DNA of 64,000 bases from NCBI GenBank assembly GCA_963614215.1, contig CAVECB010000004.1:26222-90221 (forward strand), in the 5' to 3' direction. Shown in pieces: positions 8,646 through 18,112 of this stretch (the first letter of the stretch is position 1; the number at the start of each line of letters is the position of its first letter). The position numbers and the translations under genes were made by a program. This DNA is from Ruthenibacterium lactatiformans (GTDB lineage Bacteria; Actinomycetota; Coriobacteriia; Coriobacteriales; QAMH01). The notes beneath the pieces are model-generated. The model searched no databases. It was not told the DNA's origin and saw only the letters and a list, made by a program, of their open reading frames with translations.

Positions 8646-8704
8646 ACGCGCCGACATGCCGACGTGCCGATACGGGTCTTAGGCTGAACGCGCCGGCATG
8701 CCGA
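8641..8704 (+). repeat. Two 22-bp direct repeats (one mismatch), 42-bp period, between the Fe-S gene stop and nadE
   Basis: GCTGAACGCGCCGaCATGCCGA at 8641-8662 and GCTGAACGCGCCGgCATGCCGA at 8683-8704. Confidence 0.8.
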
Positions 8705-8778
8705 TGCGCACGAGCCGCGTTTTCAGGGTATCCTCTGGAGACGATGTGCACGCCATGTCCCGGGAGGGGTGTTTCACC

Positions 8779-10353
8779 ATGAAGATTGCAGTGGCGCAGC
8801 TCGACCCTTGCGTGGGCGATTTGGACGCCAACCTCGATGCCATGCTGCTGGCCGCGCAGATGGCCTCGCGTCAAAAAGCCGAGCTGCTCGTCTTTCCCAA
8901 CGCGGCACTGATTGGCGCCCCCATTGACGGGCTGGCCTCCTCTGCGGCCTTCGTGGACGATGCGCGTGCACACCTGCAGCGTTTCGCGCAAGAGACCCCG
9001 GTGCTTTCCCTCGTGGCGGGTCTAAGTGAGATTGATGCGCATCGCGGCCGTTGCGACGTCGAGTTGTTTGCCTGCGGGGATGGTGTGGCCACGAGCATGG
9101 GGGTGCCCGCGCGTCAGGCCGACGACTCGTGTCCAGCGCTTGTCGTGGGCGGCCTGAACGTCGCGGTGTTGTTGGGCAGGCATTTTGCGCGCGACGTGAA
9201 GCTGTCGGACATGGACGTGCTCGTGGAGATGTGCGCCGACGCCTTCGGTGGCCCATACGCCGCCCGCGCGGCCCTCGGGCAGCTGGGCGACCTGTCCTCG
9301 ATTGCTACGTCGTGCAAGGCGCATGTCGTGGCCGCGAATCTGTGCGGCGCGGCGGATGCGTGTGTCTTTTCCGGCAACTCGGCGGTGCTTGCCCCAGATG
9401 GGCGCCTCGTGCACGCAAGCCCCATTGACGAGGCCGAGGTCTTCACCTTCGACACGCAGGCAGGCCAAGACCAGGTCTGCGAGGACTTTGAGGACGCGCG
9501 CGTCGAGCCGGTCGAGGTAGTGTGGCGCGCGGTGAAAATCGCCACCCGCGATTATGTGCGCAAAAACGGCTTTACCGACGTGGTCGTGGGGCTGTCGGGC
9601 GGCATCGACTCGGCGGTCGTCGCCACCATCGCGGCAGACGCGCTGGGCGCCGAGCACGTGCACGGGGTGGCCATGCCAGGACCGTATTCTTCGCCGGGTT
9701 CCGTGGCCGATGCGCATGCGCTTGCCGAAAATCTCGGCTGCGAGATCGTGGACGTGCCCATCGACGGGCCGCTTGCGGCCTTCCACGAGGTGCTGGGCGG
9801 GCCGTGCGGCGGGGAAGTGGCCGGCATTGCGGCGGAAAACCTCCAGGCCAGGGTGCGCTGCGTGCACCTCATGACGCTTGCCAACGCGCACGGGCGCATC
9901 TTGTTGAACACGGGCAACAAATCCGAGGCAGCCATGGGCTTTTCCACCCTCTACGGCGACACGGCGGGAGCCTTTGCCCCCATCGGCGACCTCTACAAAA
10001 GCGAGGTCTACGCGCTTGCCCGCTGGCGTGCGTCCCAGGGTGCATCCATCCCGCAGGCATCCATCGACAAGGCGCCGTCTGCGGAGCTGTACCCCGATGC
10101 GCGCGATGCCGACCGCCTGCCGCCCTACGACGTGCTCGACGCTATCCTTTTCGACCATGTGGAAGAGGAGATGGGCGCGGCCGCGCTCGTTGCGGCAGGT
10201 CACGACGAAAAGCTCGTGCGCCGCGTCGTGGCGCAGGTGCAGGCCAGCGAGTTTAAGCGCCGCCAAGAGCCGCTTGCGCCCCATGTGCAGGGCTGCGCTC
10301 TCACGACGGGCCGGGCCTGGCCGGTCACGAACGGCTGGGTGGATAATTCGTAA
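8779..10353 (+). CDS. nadE: Glutamine-dependent NAD+ synthetase
   Basis: N-terminal nitrilase/CN-hydrolase domain (MKIAVAQLDPCVGDLDANL) and C-terminal NAD synthetase with the SGGIDS PP-loop (GLSGGIDSAVVATIA). RBS GGGAGGGG 9 nt upstream of ATG 8779. Confidence 0.9.
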   Translation: MKIAVAQLDPCVGDLDANLDAMLLAAQMASRQKAELLVFPNAALIGAPIDGLASSAAFVDDARAHLQRFAQETPVLSLVAGLSEIDAHRGRCDVELFACGDGVATSMGVPARQADDSCPALVVGGLNVAVLLGRHFARDVKLSDMDVLVEMCADAFGGPYAARAALGQLGDLSSIATSCKAHVVAANLCGAADACVFSGNSAVLAPDGRLVHASPIDEAEVFTFDTQAGQDQVCEDFEDARVEPVEVVWRAVKIATRDYVRKNGFTDVVVGLSGGIDSAVVATIAADALGAEHVHGVAMPGPYSSPGSVADAHALAENLGCEIVDVPIDGPLAAFHEVLGGPCGGEVAGIAAENLQARVRCVHLMTLANAHGRILLNTGNKSEAAMGFSTLYGDTAGAFAPIGDLYKSEVYALARWRASQGASIPQASIDKAPSAELYPDARDADRLPPYDVLDAILFDHVEEEMGAAALVAAGHDEKLVRRVVAQVQASEFKRRQEPLAPHVQGCALTTGRAWPVTNGWVDNS

Positions 10354-10391
10354 AGCCGCCCGGGCGCGTGCCCACCCGCCGCGCGCCGCGC

Positions 10392-10397
10392 TACAAT
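10392..10397 (+). promoter_or_regulatory. Putative -10 TACAAT inside the inverted repeat CTACAAtaggccgTTGTAG
   Basis: TACAAT at 10392-10397, about 90 nt upstream of the aldolase ATG. Embedded in a 6-bp-arm inverted repeat at 10391-10409. Confidence 0.3.
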
Positions 10398-10483
10398 AGG
10401 CCGTTGTAGGTTTCACTGCGGCTGCAGCTTCCAGCAAGAAGCGCCGCCGCCCCATGCAAGAACCGAATGAAAGGATTCCCACG

Positions 10484-11422
10484 ATGCCCACGATTACCCG
10501 CGAAGATGTGCGCGTCCCGGCCGACGTCATGCCGGAGGCTCGCGAGACCTATATCGACAACATGATGGCCGCCACGCAGGGCACGGGCCGTCTCATGCTC
10601 TTTGCCTGCGACCAGAAGATGGAGCATTTGAACAAGGATTTCGTGGGCGAGGGCATCTCTGCCGACGACGGCGACCCCGAGCACCTGTTCAAGATTGCCG
10701 ACCAGGGCATCTGCGGCGTCATGGCCGGCCAGCGCGGGTTGATTGCGCAATACGCCACCGACTACCCGCAGGTGAACTACCTCGTGAAGATGAACTCCAA
10801 GACCAACTTGGTGAAGACCGACCAGCAAGACCCGTACTCCGCACAGCTGCACGACCTCGAGGCGGTTTTGGCCATGCGCGAGGCCGGCGTCAACATCGTC
10901 GGGCTGGGATATACGGTGTATCTGGGCAGCGAGTTCGAGTACCAGATGCTTGCCGAGGCAGGCGAACTGATCGCCGAGGCGCATGCCGAGGGTCTGCTCG
11001 TGGTGCTGTGGATCTATCCGCGCGGCTCTGCGGTGAAAGAGGAGAAGGCTGCCGACTTGATCGCGGGCGCTGCCGGTGCGGCCGTGTGCCTGGGCGCCGA
11101 CTTCGTGAAGGTGAACCCGCCTGCCGCCGCCGACGGCAAGTCCTCCGCCGAGCTTTTGGCCGTGGCGAGCCGCGCCGCCGGGCGCACGGGCCTTGTGTGC
11201 GCGGGCGGCTCCAACAAAGACCCCAAGGAGTTTCTGGCCGACCTCTACGACCAAATTCACGTGGGCGGCGCCTGCGGCAACGCCACGGGGCGCAACATCC
11301 ACCAAAAAGGCCTCGACGAGGCAGTGCGCCTGACCAAGGCCATCTCGGCCATCACTTTCGGCGACTACGACGTCGAGGAGGCCTACGAGGTCTACGAGGG
11401 CAAAGAGAACTACAGCCTCTAG
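10484..11422 (+). CDS. Class I (DhnA/FbaB-type) fructose-bisphosphate aldolase family protein
   Basis: GRLMLFACDQKMEH ... VNYLVKMNSKTNL ... FVKVNPP fits the archaeal-type class I aldolase layout, with the Schiff-base lysine in the VKxN context. ATG 10484 is preceded by GAAAGGA. Confidence 0.75.
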   Translation: MPTITREDVRVPADVMPEARETYIDNMMAATQGTGRLMLFACDQKMEHLNKDFVGEGISADDGDPEHLFKIADQGICGVMAGQRGLIAQYATDYPQVNYLVKMNSKTNLVKTDQQDPYSAQLHDLEAVLAMREAGVNIVGLGYTVYLGSEFEYQMLAEAGELIAEAHAEGLLVVLWIYPRGSAVKEEKAADLIAGAAGAAVCLGADFVKVNPPAAADGKSSAELLAVASRAAGRTGLVCAGGSNKDPKEFLADLYDQIHVGGACGNATGRNIHQKGLDEAVRLTKAISAITFGDYDVEEAYEVYEGKENYSL

Positions 11423-11460
11423 ACCGAACGAAACGCCGAGGAGAAGGGCCGCGGACTTCG

Positions 11461-12654
11461 ATGGATTTCTACGCCGAGGCGCTTTCGCGCCACGAGAAGT
11501 GTGGGGGAAAGGTCGCGGTTGCGGCCAAGATGCCCCTCGAGACCCAAGACGACCTGTCCGTGGCCTACACGCCGGGGGTGGCCGAACCTTGCCGCGCCAT
11601 TGCGCATGATGCGGACGAGGCTTGGCGCTACACGGCTAAGGCTCACACCGTTGCCGTCGTGTCTAACGGCACGGCGGTGCTGGGGCTGGGCGATATCGGG
11701 GCGCAGGCGGCCATGCCCGTCATGGAGGGCAAGGCCGTCTTGTTCAAGCGCTTCGGTGATGTGGACGCTTGGCCGCTGTGCATAGACGCGCGCACGCCCG
11801 ACGAGGTCGTGACCTGCGTGAAGGCGCTTGCGCCGAGTTTTGGCGGCATCAACCTCGAAGACATCAAGTCGCCTGATTGCTTCGAGATAGAGCGCAGGCT
11901 CGAAGAAGAGCTCGACATCCCGGTCTTTCATGACGACCAGCACGGCACGGCCGTCGTCGTCACCGCGGCGCTGAAAAACGCGCTGAAGGTGGTCGGCAAG
12001 CGCATGGACGAGGCGCGCATTGTGGTAAACGGGCCGGGCGCGGCGGGCACCGCCATCGTGAAGATGCTGCTTTCGGCGGGTGCGCATGACGTGGTGGCCT
12101 GCGACAGCAAGGGCATACTCCACGAAGGCCGCGAGATGAACGCCCCGCACAAGGTGAAGCTTGCTGCGCTCACGAACCCGCGCGGCCTTGAAGGCGCTTT
12201 GGATTGCGCTTTGCGCGGCGCCGACGTCTTCATCGGCGTGTCGGCGGCCGGTCTGCTCGATGCCGAAAAAATCTCCTCCATGGCCGCGTCGCCCGTGGTC
12301 TTTGCCATGGCCAACCCCGAGCCGGAGATTTCCTATGATGCGGGCGTGGCGGCCGGCGTGGCCGTCATGGGCACGGGGCGCAGCGACAGCCCCAACCAAA
12401 TCAACAATCTGCTGTGCTTCCCCGGGCTTTTCTGCGGGGCGCTTGCCGTGCGGGCGCGCGACATCACCGGCGAGATGAAGCTTGCCGCCGTGGACGCTAT
12501 CGCCTCTCTCGTGGGCGTCGACGAGCTGGCAGCCGATTACGTCATCCCCTCGGCGCTTGATGAGCGCGTGGCGCATGCCGTGGCCACATCTGTCGCCCGG
12601 GCTGCTGTGGAGTGCGGCACGGCCCGCGCCGAGCTGCCGAAAAACTGGGAATAG
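11461..12654 (+). CDS. NAD(P)-dependent malic enzyme (short form)
   Basis: MDFYAEALSRHEKCGGKV...LSVAYTPGVAEPC...VVSNGTAVLGLGDIGAQAAMPVMEGKAVLFK is the hallmark malic-enzyme N-terminus. Rossmann motif GPGAAGTA. Confidence 0.9.
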   Translation: MDFYAEALSRHEKCGGKVAVAAKMPLETQDDLSVAYTPGVAEPCRAIAHDADEAWRYTAKAHTVAVVSNGTAVLGLGDIGAQAAMPVMEGKAVLFKRFGDVDAWPLCIDARTPDEVVTCVKALAPSFGGINLEDIKSPDCFEIERRLEEELDIPVFHDDQHGTAVVVTAALKNALKVVGKRMDEARIVVNGPGAAGTAIVKMLLSAGAHDVVACDSKGILHEGREMNAPHKVKLAALTNPRGLEGALDCALRGADVFIGVSAAGLLDAEKISSMAASPVVFAMANPEPEISYDAGVAAGVAVMGTGRSDSPNQINNLLCFPGLFCGALAVRARDITGEMKLAAVDAIASLVGVDELAADYVIPSALDERVAHAVATSVARAAVECGTARAELPKNWE

Positions 12655-12663
12655 GAGGCTGCC

Positions 12664-13518
12664 ATGTCGTCTGCCGTGCGCGAGATAGACGCCCGCGACA
12701 TAGAGGAGGCCGTGGCTGACCTGTGCGTGCAGGCGAACTGTGTCATTGGCGACGACGTGGTCTGCGCGATTTCGGACGCCCGGAAAAAGGAGACCTGGCC
12801 GCGCGCCCAAGAGGTGCTCTCTACGATAGAGGACAACATCCGCATCGCCGCCGAAGAGCGCTTGCCGGCCTGCCAGGACACGGGCGCCGCCTGCATCTTC
12901 GTGGAGTTGGGCCAAGACGTCCATATCGTGGGCGGGGCGCTGCGTGATGCGGTGAACGCGGGCGTGGCACGCGGATACACGGACGGCTACCTGCGCAAAT
13001 CGATGGTCGCCGACCCTTTGCGCCGCGAAAACACAAACGACAACACGCCGGCGTTTTTGCATGTGGACCTTGTGGCAGGCGACGCGTTGAAGATCGTCGT
13101 CGCGCCAAAGGGCGCCGGCTCGGAAAACTGGAGCCGCGTCGGCATGTTGAAACCGGCAGACGGTGAGGAAGGTGTGGAGCGCTTCGTGCTCGATGCGGTG
13201 CGCGAGGCCGGCCCCAACCCCTGCCCGCCCGTGGTGGTAGGTGTCGGTGTGGGCGGCAACTTCGACGTGGTAGCCCATCTGGCGAAAAAGGCGCTGCTGC
13301 GCCCTGTGGGCACGCCGAATCCCGACGGGTTGTACGCCGATATGGAGGCGCGCCTGCTTTTACAGGTGAACAAACAGGGCACAGGACCTGCCGGTTTCGG
13401 CGGGCGCACCACAGCGCTGTCCGTGGCCGTCGAGGCCGCGCCCACGCACATCGCGATGTTGCCCGTGGCCGTGTGTCTGAACTGCCATGTGGCGCGGCAT
13501 GCGGAGGTGGTCTTGTGA
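12664..13518 (+). CDS. Class I fumarate hydratase / tartrate dehydratase family, alpha (Fe-S) subunit
   Basis: LPACQDTGAACIFVELGQDV and VGVGVGGNFD motifs typical of the Fe-S hydro-lyase alpha subunit. Confidence 0.85.
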   Translation: MSSAVREIDARDIEEAVADLCVQANCVIGDDVVCAISDARKKETWPRAQEVLSTIEDNIRIAAEERLPACQDTGAACIFVELGQDVHIVGGALRDAVNAGVARGYTDGYLRKSMVADPLRRENTNDNTPAFLHVDLVAGDALKIVVAPKGAGSENWSRVGMLKPADGEEGVERFVLDAVREAGPNPCPPVVVGVGVGGNFDVVAHLAKKALLRPVGTPNPDGLYADMEARLLLQVNKQGTGPAGFGGRTTALSVAVEAAPTHIAMLPVAVCLNCHVARHAEVVL

Positions 13519-13520
13519 GC

Positions 13521-14102
13521 ATGGTAAAGCAGCTGTCTGAAGGGTTTGACGAGGCGTGCGCCGGCCGCCTGCACGCAGGAGATGCCGTCTCTTTCACGGG
13601 AGTGGTCTACACGGCGCGCGATGCCGCCCATGCGCGGCTTGTCGCGGCGCTCAAGGCAGGCGAGGAGCCGCCCTTCGATTTGCGCGGAGCCGTCATCTAC
13701 TACGCAGGGCCTGCGCCTGCGCGTCCAGGCAGCGTGATGGGGCCGTGCGGGCCTACCTCGAGCTACCGCATGGATCCGTACGCGCCGATGCTCTACGACG
13801 CCGGCGTGCGTGCCACCATCGGCAAAGGCGTGCGGGGCTCAGAAGTGATCGAGGCCGTCAAGCGCAACCGGGCGGTCTATCTTGCCGCCGTCGGGGGCGT
13901 GGCCGCCCTCATGGCGCGCTGCGTGAAAAGCGCCGAAACAATAGCCTACGAGGACCTGGGCTGCGAAGCGGTGCGCCGCCTGGAGGTGGTGGACATGCCG
14001 CTCGTCGTCGCCCTCGACGCGACCGGCACCGACGTCTACCGCCAAGGTCCTGCCTCCTACCAGGCCAGCCTCTACCCCAACCTCTCGCGCCTGCTCGATT
14101 GA
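13521..14102 (+). CDS. Class I fumarate hydratase / tartrate dehydratase family, beta subunit
   Basis: Starts 2 nt after the alpha-subunit stop. GVVYTARDAAHARL...IYYAGPAPARPG...GPTSSYRMD...IGKG is typical of the beta subunit. Confidence 0.85.
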   Translation: MVKQLSEGFDEACAGRLHAGDAVSFTGVVYTARDAAHARLVAALKAGEEPPFDLRGAVIYYAGPAPARPGSVMGPCGPTSSYRMDPYAPMLYDAGVRATIGKGVRGSEVIEAVKRNRAVYLAAVGGVAALMARCVKSAETIAYEDLGCEAVRRLEVVDMPLVVALDATGTDVYRQGPASYQASLYPNLSRLLD

Positions 14103-14209
14103 GCGTGCGTGCTGCCCAGCGCAGCGATTCCCATTTTCCGTCGATGGGGATGTAGCCCAGCGAGGCGAGCACGCAGCGCCCGCCTCCGCGATCCTTTTGC
14201 GTGCGCCCT

Positions 14210-15544
14210 CTATGCGCAGGCGACGGCGTGCTCGACGAACAGCGCGCGCGGGTCGTCGGCCTCGTCTACGCTTGTGATGTCGCGGCCCAAGACCAGCTCG
14301 CCGGTCCAATCGCCGAAGACGCGCAGTTTGCGCTCCCAGCTGGGCAGCACAAGTCCGTGGTAGCCGCGATGCGCGAGCCATGCGGGCAGACCGCAGATGA
14401 CGACGCTCTTGTCGCCGTTGGCAAACAGGCCGTTGAAGCGCCCGAGCCCGGCCACCATGCCGGCGTTGGCGTGGTAGTACTCCTCAGAAGCCTCGCCACG
14501 CAGGGTGCGCACGATGTTTTTGGCCAGCACGCGGGCCTGGCGTACGGCGTGTTGGGCCGTCGGCGCGCAGCTGTCGTCGGGCAGCCCGCCGCCAGAGAGG
14601 TCTTCCACCTTCGTGCAGTCGCCCACGCCCCACACGCCTGCAAGCGGCGCACCTTCTGCGTCCACCACGTGCAGGCAGGTGTCGCAGTTCAGGCGCCCGC
14701 GCGCATCTAGCGGCAGGTCGGTGTTCTTCAGCACGGGCGCGGCAATCTGGCCGGCCGTCCACACGAGCAGGCCACAGTCGATGGTGGAGCCGTCCGAGAG
14801 CTTCAAGACGTTGCCCCTCGCGCTTTCGATGCTCGTCTCCAACATGACGTGCGCGCCCTTGCGCTCCAGCAAGTCGATGACCCACTGCGATTTCTCGCGC
14901 GGCACCTCGGGCATGATTTTGTCCATGACCTCGACCAGTCTAAAGTTCAGCTCGCCAATCGAGAGGCCGGGCGTTTTGAAGACGAGGTCGCGCGCCAAGG
15001 TGAGGACCTCGGCGAAGCACTCGACGCCGGACAGTCCGCCGCCCACGACGACGAAGCTCAACAGCTTTTCGCGCCAACGCGAGCCCTTGGGCATGCTGGC
15101 GGCGCGTTGGAGGTTTTTCACCACGGTGTCGCGTATGTAGAGCGCTTCTTGGCTCGATTTCAGCCCGATGGCGTTTTCGGCGACGCCCGGGGTGGGGAAG
15201 GTGCGCGTGACGCCGCCGAGCGCGACGACCAGCTCGTCGAAAGGAAGCGCCCACTTCTCGCCGCTTTGCACGTCGCACACGTCCACCTGCTTGTCGGCGT
15301 TGCGCACGCCGAGCACCTTCGCGCGCACGACGCGCGTCTTGGGGAGGTTTTGCTGCAGGGGCACCTGGATATGGCGAGGCTCGATGGCACCGCCTGCCAC
15401 CTCGGCCAAAAACGGCTGATAGACCAGATAGGAGTGCATGTCCACGAGCGTGACTTGCGCCTCGTCGTCGCGCAGGGAGGATTCCAGGCCCTTTGCCGTG
15501 TAGTAGCCGCCCAAGCCGCCGCCGAGGATGAGTACCTGTTTCAT
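14210..15544 (-). CDS. Type II NADH dehydrogenase-like FAD/NAD(P) oxidoreductase
   Basis: MKQVLILGGGLGGYY dinucleotide fold, a second fold VVGGGLSGVE, and C-terminal VWGVGDC. Internal start chosen (index 21 of the track ORF). Confidence 0.85.
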   Translation of the reverse strand: MKQVLILGGGLGGYYTAKGLESSLRDDEAQVTLVDMHSYLVYQPFLAEVAGGAIEPRHIQVPLQQNLPKTRVVRAKVLGVRNADKQVDVCDVQSGEKWALPFDELVVALGGVTRTFPTPGVAENAIGLKSSQEALYIRDTVVKNLQRAASMPKGSRWREKLLSFVVVGGGLSGVECFAEVLTLARDLVFKTPGLSIGELNFRLVEVMDKIMPEVPREKSQWVIDLLERKGAHVMLETSIESARGNVLKLSDGSTIDCGLLVWTAGQIAAPVLKNTDLPLDARGRLNCDTCLHVVDAEGAPLAGVWGVGDCTKVEDLSGGGLPDDSCAPTAQHAVRQARVLAKNIVRTLRGEASEEYYHANAGMVAGLGRFNGLFANGDKSVVICGLPAWLAHRGYHGLVLPSWERKLRVFGDWTGELVLGRDITSVDEADDPRALFVEHAVACA

Positions 15545-15641
15545 GCCATGCGCTCCTTCGTGTCGTGTGTGCGCCCTTCCATGCCGGGCGCGCAATGCGT
15601 CCAAGGATAGCGCTTCAGACGGCGCCGCGTGTCCGGGCGCG

Positions 15642-15695
15642 GTAGGGGAGTACTAAATCCTCAATTTCATACTGCCCATGCTATGGAGTATGAGG
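15642..15695. promoter_or_regulatory. AT-rich box cluster A: GTAGGGGAGTACTAAATCC ... TTTCATACTGC ... ATGGAGTATGAGG
   Basis: Shares GTAGGGGAGTA, TTTCATACTGC and CATGGAGT, in the same order, with cluster D (36101-36161). Shares GAGTACTAAA with clusters B and C. Confidence 0.5.
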
Positions 15696-16055
15696 TCGTG
15701 TTCGATATCTTGGTTCTCGTCAAAGGGCATCCGGAACGGCACATGTCAACTCCTTTTCCTCAATTGCCTTTTGCACATTGAAAGGCCGTATCGATATATC
15801 GGGAGGCAAGACGAGTCTGACGCGGAGGGCACCCGCGGGTCTTCTTCCCGATGTATCCGGCCATGCAGGATAAATACCCGCACTTTTTCGCATTCCTGCT
15901 TCTCTTCGATATCGTGGCGTTTCTTTTTGCCCGCTTTTCCGCGCTGGCCGACCGCATCCAAAAATCATTTTCACCCCTCATTCTCGGAGTATGAAAACGC
16001 GTCTTTTGCTAGGATACCCACGTTAAGAGAAACACGTTGAGGGGCGTGATTTTCG

Positions 16056-17951
16056 ATGAGTTCCACCTCCTGCAAAGAGGGACGGGTTGACGGTGCGCGT
16101 GCATCGGCAACGAGGACAGCAAACGGCACGGATGGCCAGCTGGGCGGTTTCGACGCCAAACGTCTCGGTTTTCGCATCCTACTCGGATGGCATTACTGCG
16201 TGCTTTTTGCGCCGCTGTTTGCCTTGGACGAGACCGAGGGTTTCGCCCAGACGCTCGTTGCCCGTCAGTTCACCATGTACCTGGCGCTTGCCTGCACTTT
16301 TGCCGTCTTGTTTTTTCTCGTTCGACGCGGCGGCAGGGTGAAAGCGGCCCTGACGACACCGCCTTTGACTATCGCAGCCTGTATCGTCGGCGCGGCTTCC
16401 ACCTTCGTTGCCGGCTCGGCCTTCGGCTGGGGCACCGGCGTCTATCTCGTCGCGGCGGCCGTCTTGGGCATCTGCGAGGCTCTGCTCATGACCGTGTGGC
16501 TGCTCATGTTCACCGTGCTCGTGAAAAGACAGAGCTACCGCATCCTTGGTACCGACGTCGTCACCGGCGCGCTCGTCGCCATGCTCGTGCAAAGCCTTGT
16601 CTCCCCGGCAGACCTCGTCGTGGCCTCCTGCCTGCCTTTGCTCAGTTCTGTGTCGTTTCTCACGCTCAAGCGCAAGTACGATATGCGCGAAGTCGAGTCG
16701 GCTGGCGACACCTTTGCCTCTGCTTCTGACGAGGCGCAGGCGCAAGGGCCTGACGCTGCCAAAAAGCGGAGAAAGTCCAGCACGGTAGCCGGCTACCTCG
16801 TTCGGCGCTGCGTCCCTGCTGCGCTCTTCGCCTTGGCTTTCGGCATCCTGCAGGGCAGTTTCCTCACGGATGGCATCGCCTTTCTCATAGCCTTCAACCC
16901 GCTGCTTTTCGTGGGCGTCGCGGTGGCGGGCCTCATTATCTTTTTCACCTCGGAGCGTTTTTGCACGCATGCGGATGTGGACTGGATGTATCGTTTCTCG
17001 CTGGTCTTTTTCATGCTCGGCGTCATATTGCTCATCGTTATAAAGGTCATAGGCGTGCAGCAAGATTCGCAGTCGCGCATCGTCTGCCTTGCAGTCGCCG
17101 AAATCGCGGTGTTCGCGGGCTTCAACCTCTTCGATTTCGGCAATATGATGCTGTGTCTGGGGATCGTACACACCTATCGCGGCCGCCATAGTCACCTCGT
17201 CATGGCCGGGCGTTTCGTCGTCTACGCCTTCATGGCGCTCGGCGTGGGCGCGGGATTTGCGATTCAGATGCTCGTCGGCCCTGCGTTGAGCGTGAACACG
17301 CTGGTCATCACCTGCTGCGCGACCTTGATAGTTCTTATCTTGACAGTGGCCATGACCATGTCGACAGAGGACAGCTACGTCAAGCTCTTGACGGTGGCCG
17401 GCAAGGGAACCGCGGCGCAGCGCGGGGCGGAGTTCGAGCGCATCGACCCGTGCGAGTTTTGTACTTCGGCATCCGATTGCACGATGCGCCCGATGGTCGA
17501 AGGGCAGGTGCAAGACGGTGCCGGGGCACAACCCGCATCAGATGCCACCCCTGCCTCCGATGCATTGCGTGGCGCGAGCGCCCGTGAAGCAGGTGAGGGC
17601 GCCGCCAAGGCAGGCACGGACGAGGCGGTCGGCGAGGCCAAGCCCGAGACGCGGACGGGAGCCTCTTCGGGAACACCGCAGGGCAAGAAGAAGGCTCCTT
17701 GGCGCGCGGCCTGCGACGAGATTGCGCGCCGTTACCGCTTGTCCAAGCGCGAGACCGAGATATTTACCCTCATATCCAAGGGGCGCAACGCCGAGTACGT
17801 CTCGACGGAGCTGGTCATATCCATCCACACGGCAAAGACCCATATCGCCAACATCTACCAAAAGCTCGACGTCCATTCCTCGCAGGAGATGCTCGACTTG
17901 ATAGACGCCTTTCGGGCAGAACTCGAACAAGAGGAGGGGCGCGCCGCCTGA
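16056..17951 (+). CDS. LuxR/GerE-family transcriptional regulator with a large polytopic N-terminal membrane domain
   Basis: About 430 aa of repeated hydrophobic helices, a Ser/Ala/Gly/Asp-rich linker, and a C-terminal HTH: LSKRETEIFTLISKGRNAEYVSTELVISIHTAKTHIANIYQKLDVHS. Confidence 0.8.
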   Translation: MSSTSCKEGRVDGARASATRTANGTDGQLGGFDAKRLGFRILLGWHYCVLFAPLFALDETEGFAQTLVARQFTMYLALACTFAVLFFLVRRGGRVKAALTTPPLTIAACIVGAASTFVAGSAFGWGTGVYLVAAAVLGICEALLMTVWLLMFTVLVKRQSYRILGTDVVTGALVAMLVQSLVSPADLVVASCLPLLSSVSFLTLKRKYDMREVESAGDTFASASDEAQAQGPDAAKKRRKSSTVAGYLVRRCVPAALFALAFGILQGSFLTDGIAFLIAFNPLLFVGVAVAGLIIFFTSERFCTHADVDWMYRFSLVFFMLGVILLIVIKVIGVQQDSQSRIVCLAVAEIAVFAGFNLFDFGNMMLCLGIVHTYRGRHSHLVMAGRFVVYAFMALGVGAGFAIQMLVGPALSVNTLVITCCATLIVLILTVAMTMSTEDSYVKLLTVAGKGTAAQRGAEFERIDPCEFCTSASDCTMRPMVEGQVQDGAGAQPASDATPASDALRGASAREAGEGAAKAGTDEAVGEAKPETRTGASSGTPQGKKKAPWRAACDEIARRYRLSKRETEIFTLISKGRNAEYVSTELVISIHTAKTHIANIYQKLDVHSSQEMLDLIDAFRAELEQEEGRAA

Positions 17952-18003
17952 GGGCTGCCTGAGGGCATGGCCTGAAGCGGGATTTGAGAGAGGGTGAAAG
18001 GAA

Positions 18004-18038
18004 GAGCCGGCTTGCCTTTACGGGGCAGGCCGGCTCTC
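18004..18038 (+). terminator. Strong GC hairpin after the LuxR gene
   Basis: AGAGCCGGCtTGCC-tttacgg-GGCAgGCCGGCTCT. Confidence 0.5.
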
Positions 18039-18046
18039 TTGTTTGC

Positions 18047-18076
18047 CTTGCAGCTGGTCGCAAGGCGCGTTTTTTG
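18047..18076. terminator. Rho-independent-type terminator between convergent genes (possibly bidirectional)
   Basis: CCTTGC-agctggtc-GCAAGG, then cgcgTTTTTT. Lies between the LuxR gene (+) and the MFS gene (-). Confidence 0.55.
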
Positions 18077-18112
18077 ATGCGTCCTATCCGCTCTCTTGGA
18101 AACGCGTGTTTT

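Noticed and set aside
9022-10530. 502-aa minus-strand ORF over nadE
   Set aside because: It is a shadow ORF opposite nadE, whose SGGIDS PP-loop and nitrilase domain are on the plus strand.
11419-13278. 619-aa minus-strand ORF across the malic enzyme and fumarase genes
   Set aside because: It is antisense to two genes with unmistakable family motifs. The composition is His/Arg/Ala/Gly-rich, typical of a GC-driven shadow ORF, and no RBS is present.
15545-15700. Rex operator (TTGTGAA-n4-TTCACAA) upstream of the NDH-2 gene
   Set aside because: I could find no TGTGAA/TTCACA pair in the ndh upstream region. GGTGAAAATAGGTTTTCC at 24585-24602 is only superficially similar.
15678-16040. 120-aa plus-strand and 71-84-aa minus-strand ORFs inside the AT-rich island
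   Set aside because: They have no RBS, odd Cys/Ser/Arg-rich compositions, and overlap each other in several frames. The region is better treated as non-coding or regulatory; only the SD-preceded 25-codon ORF is kept as a hypothesis.
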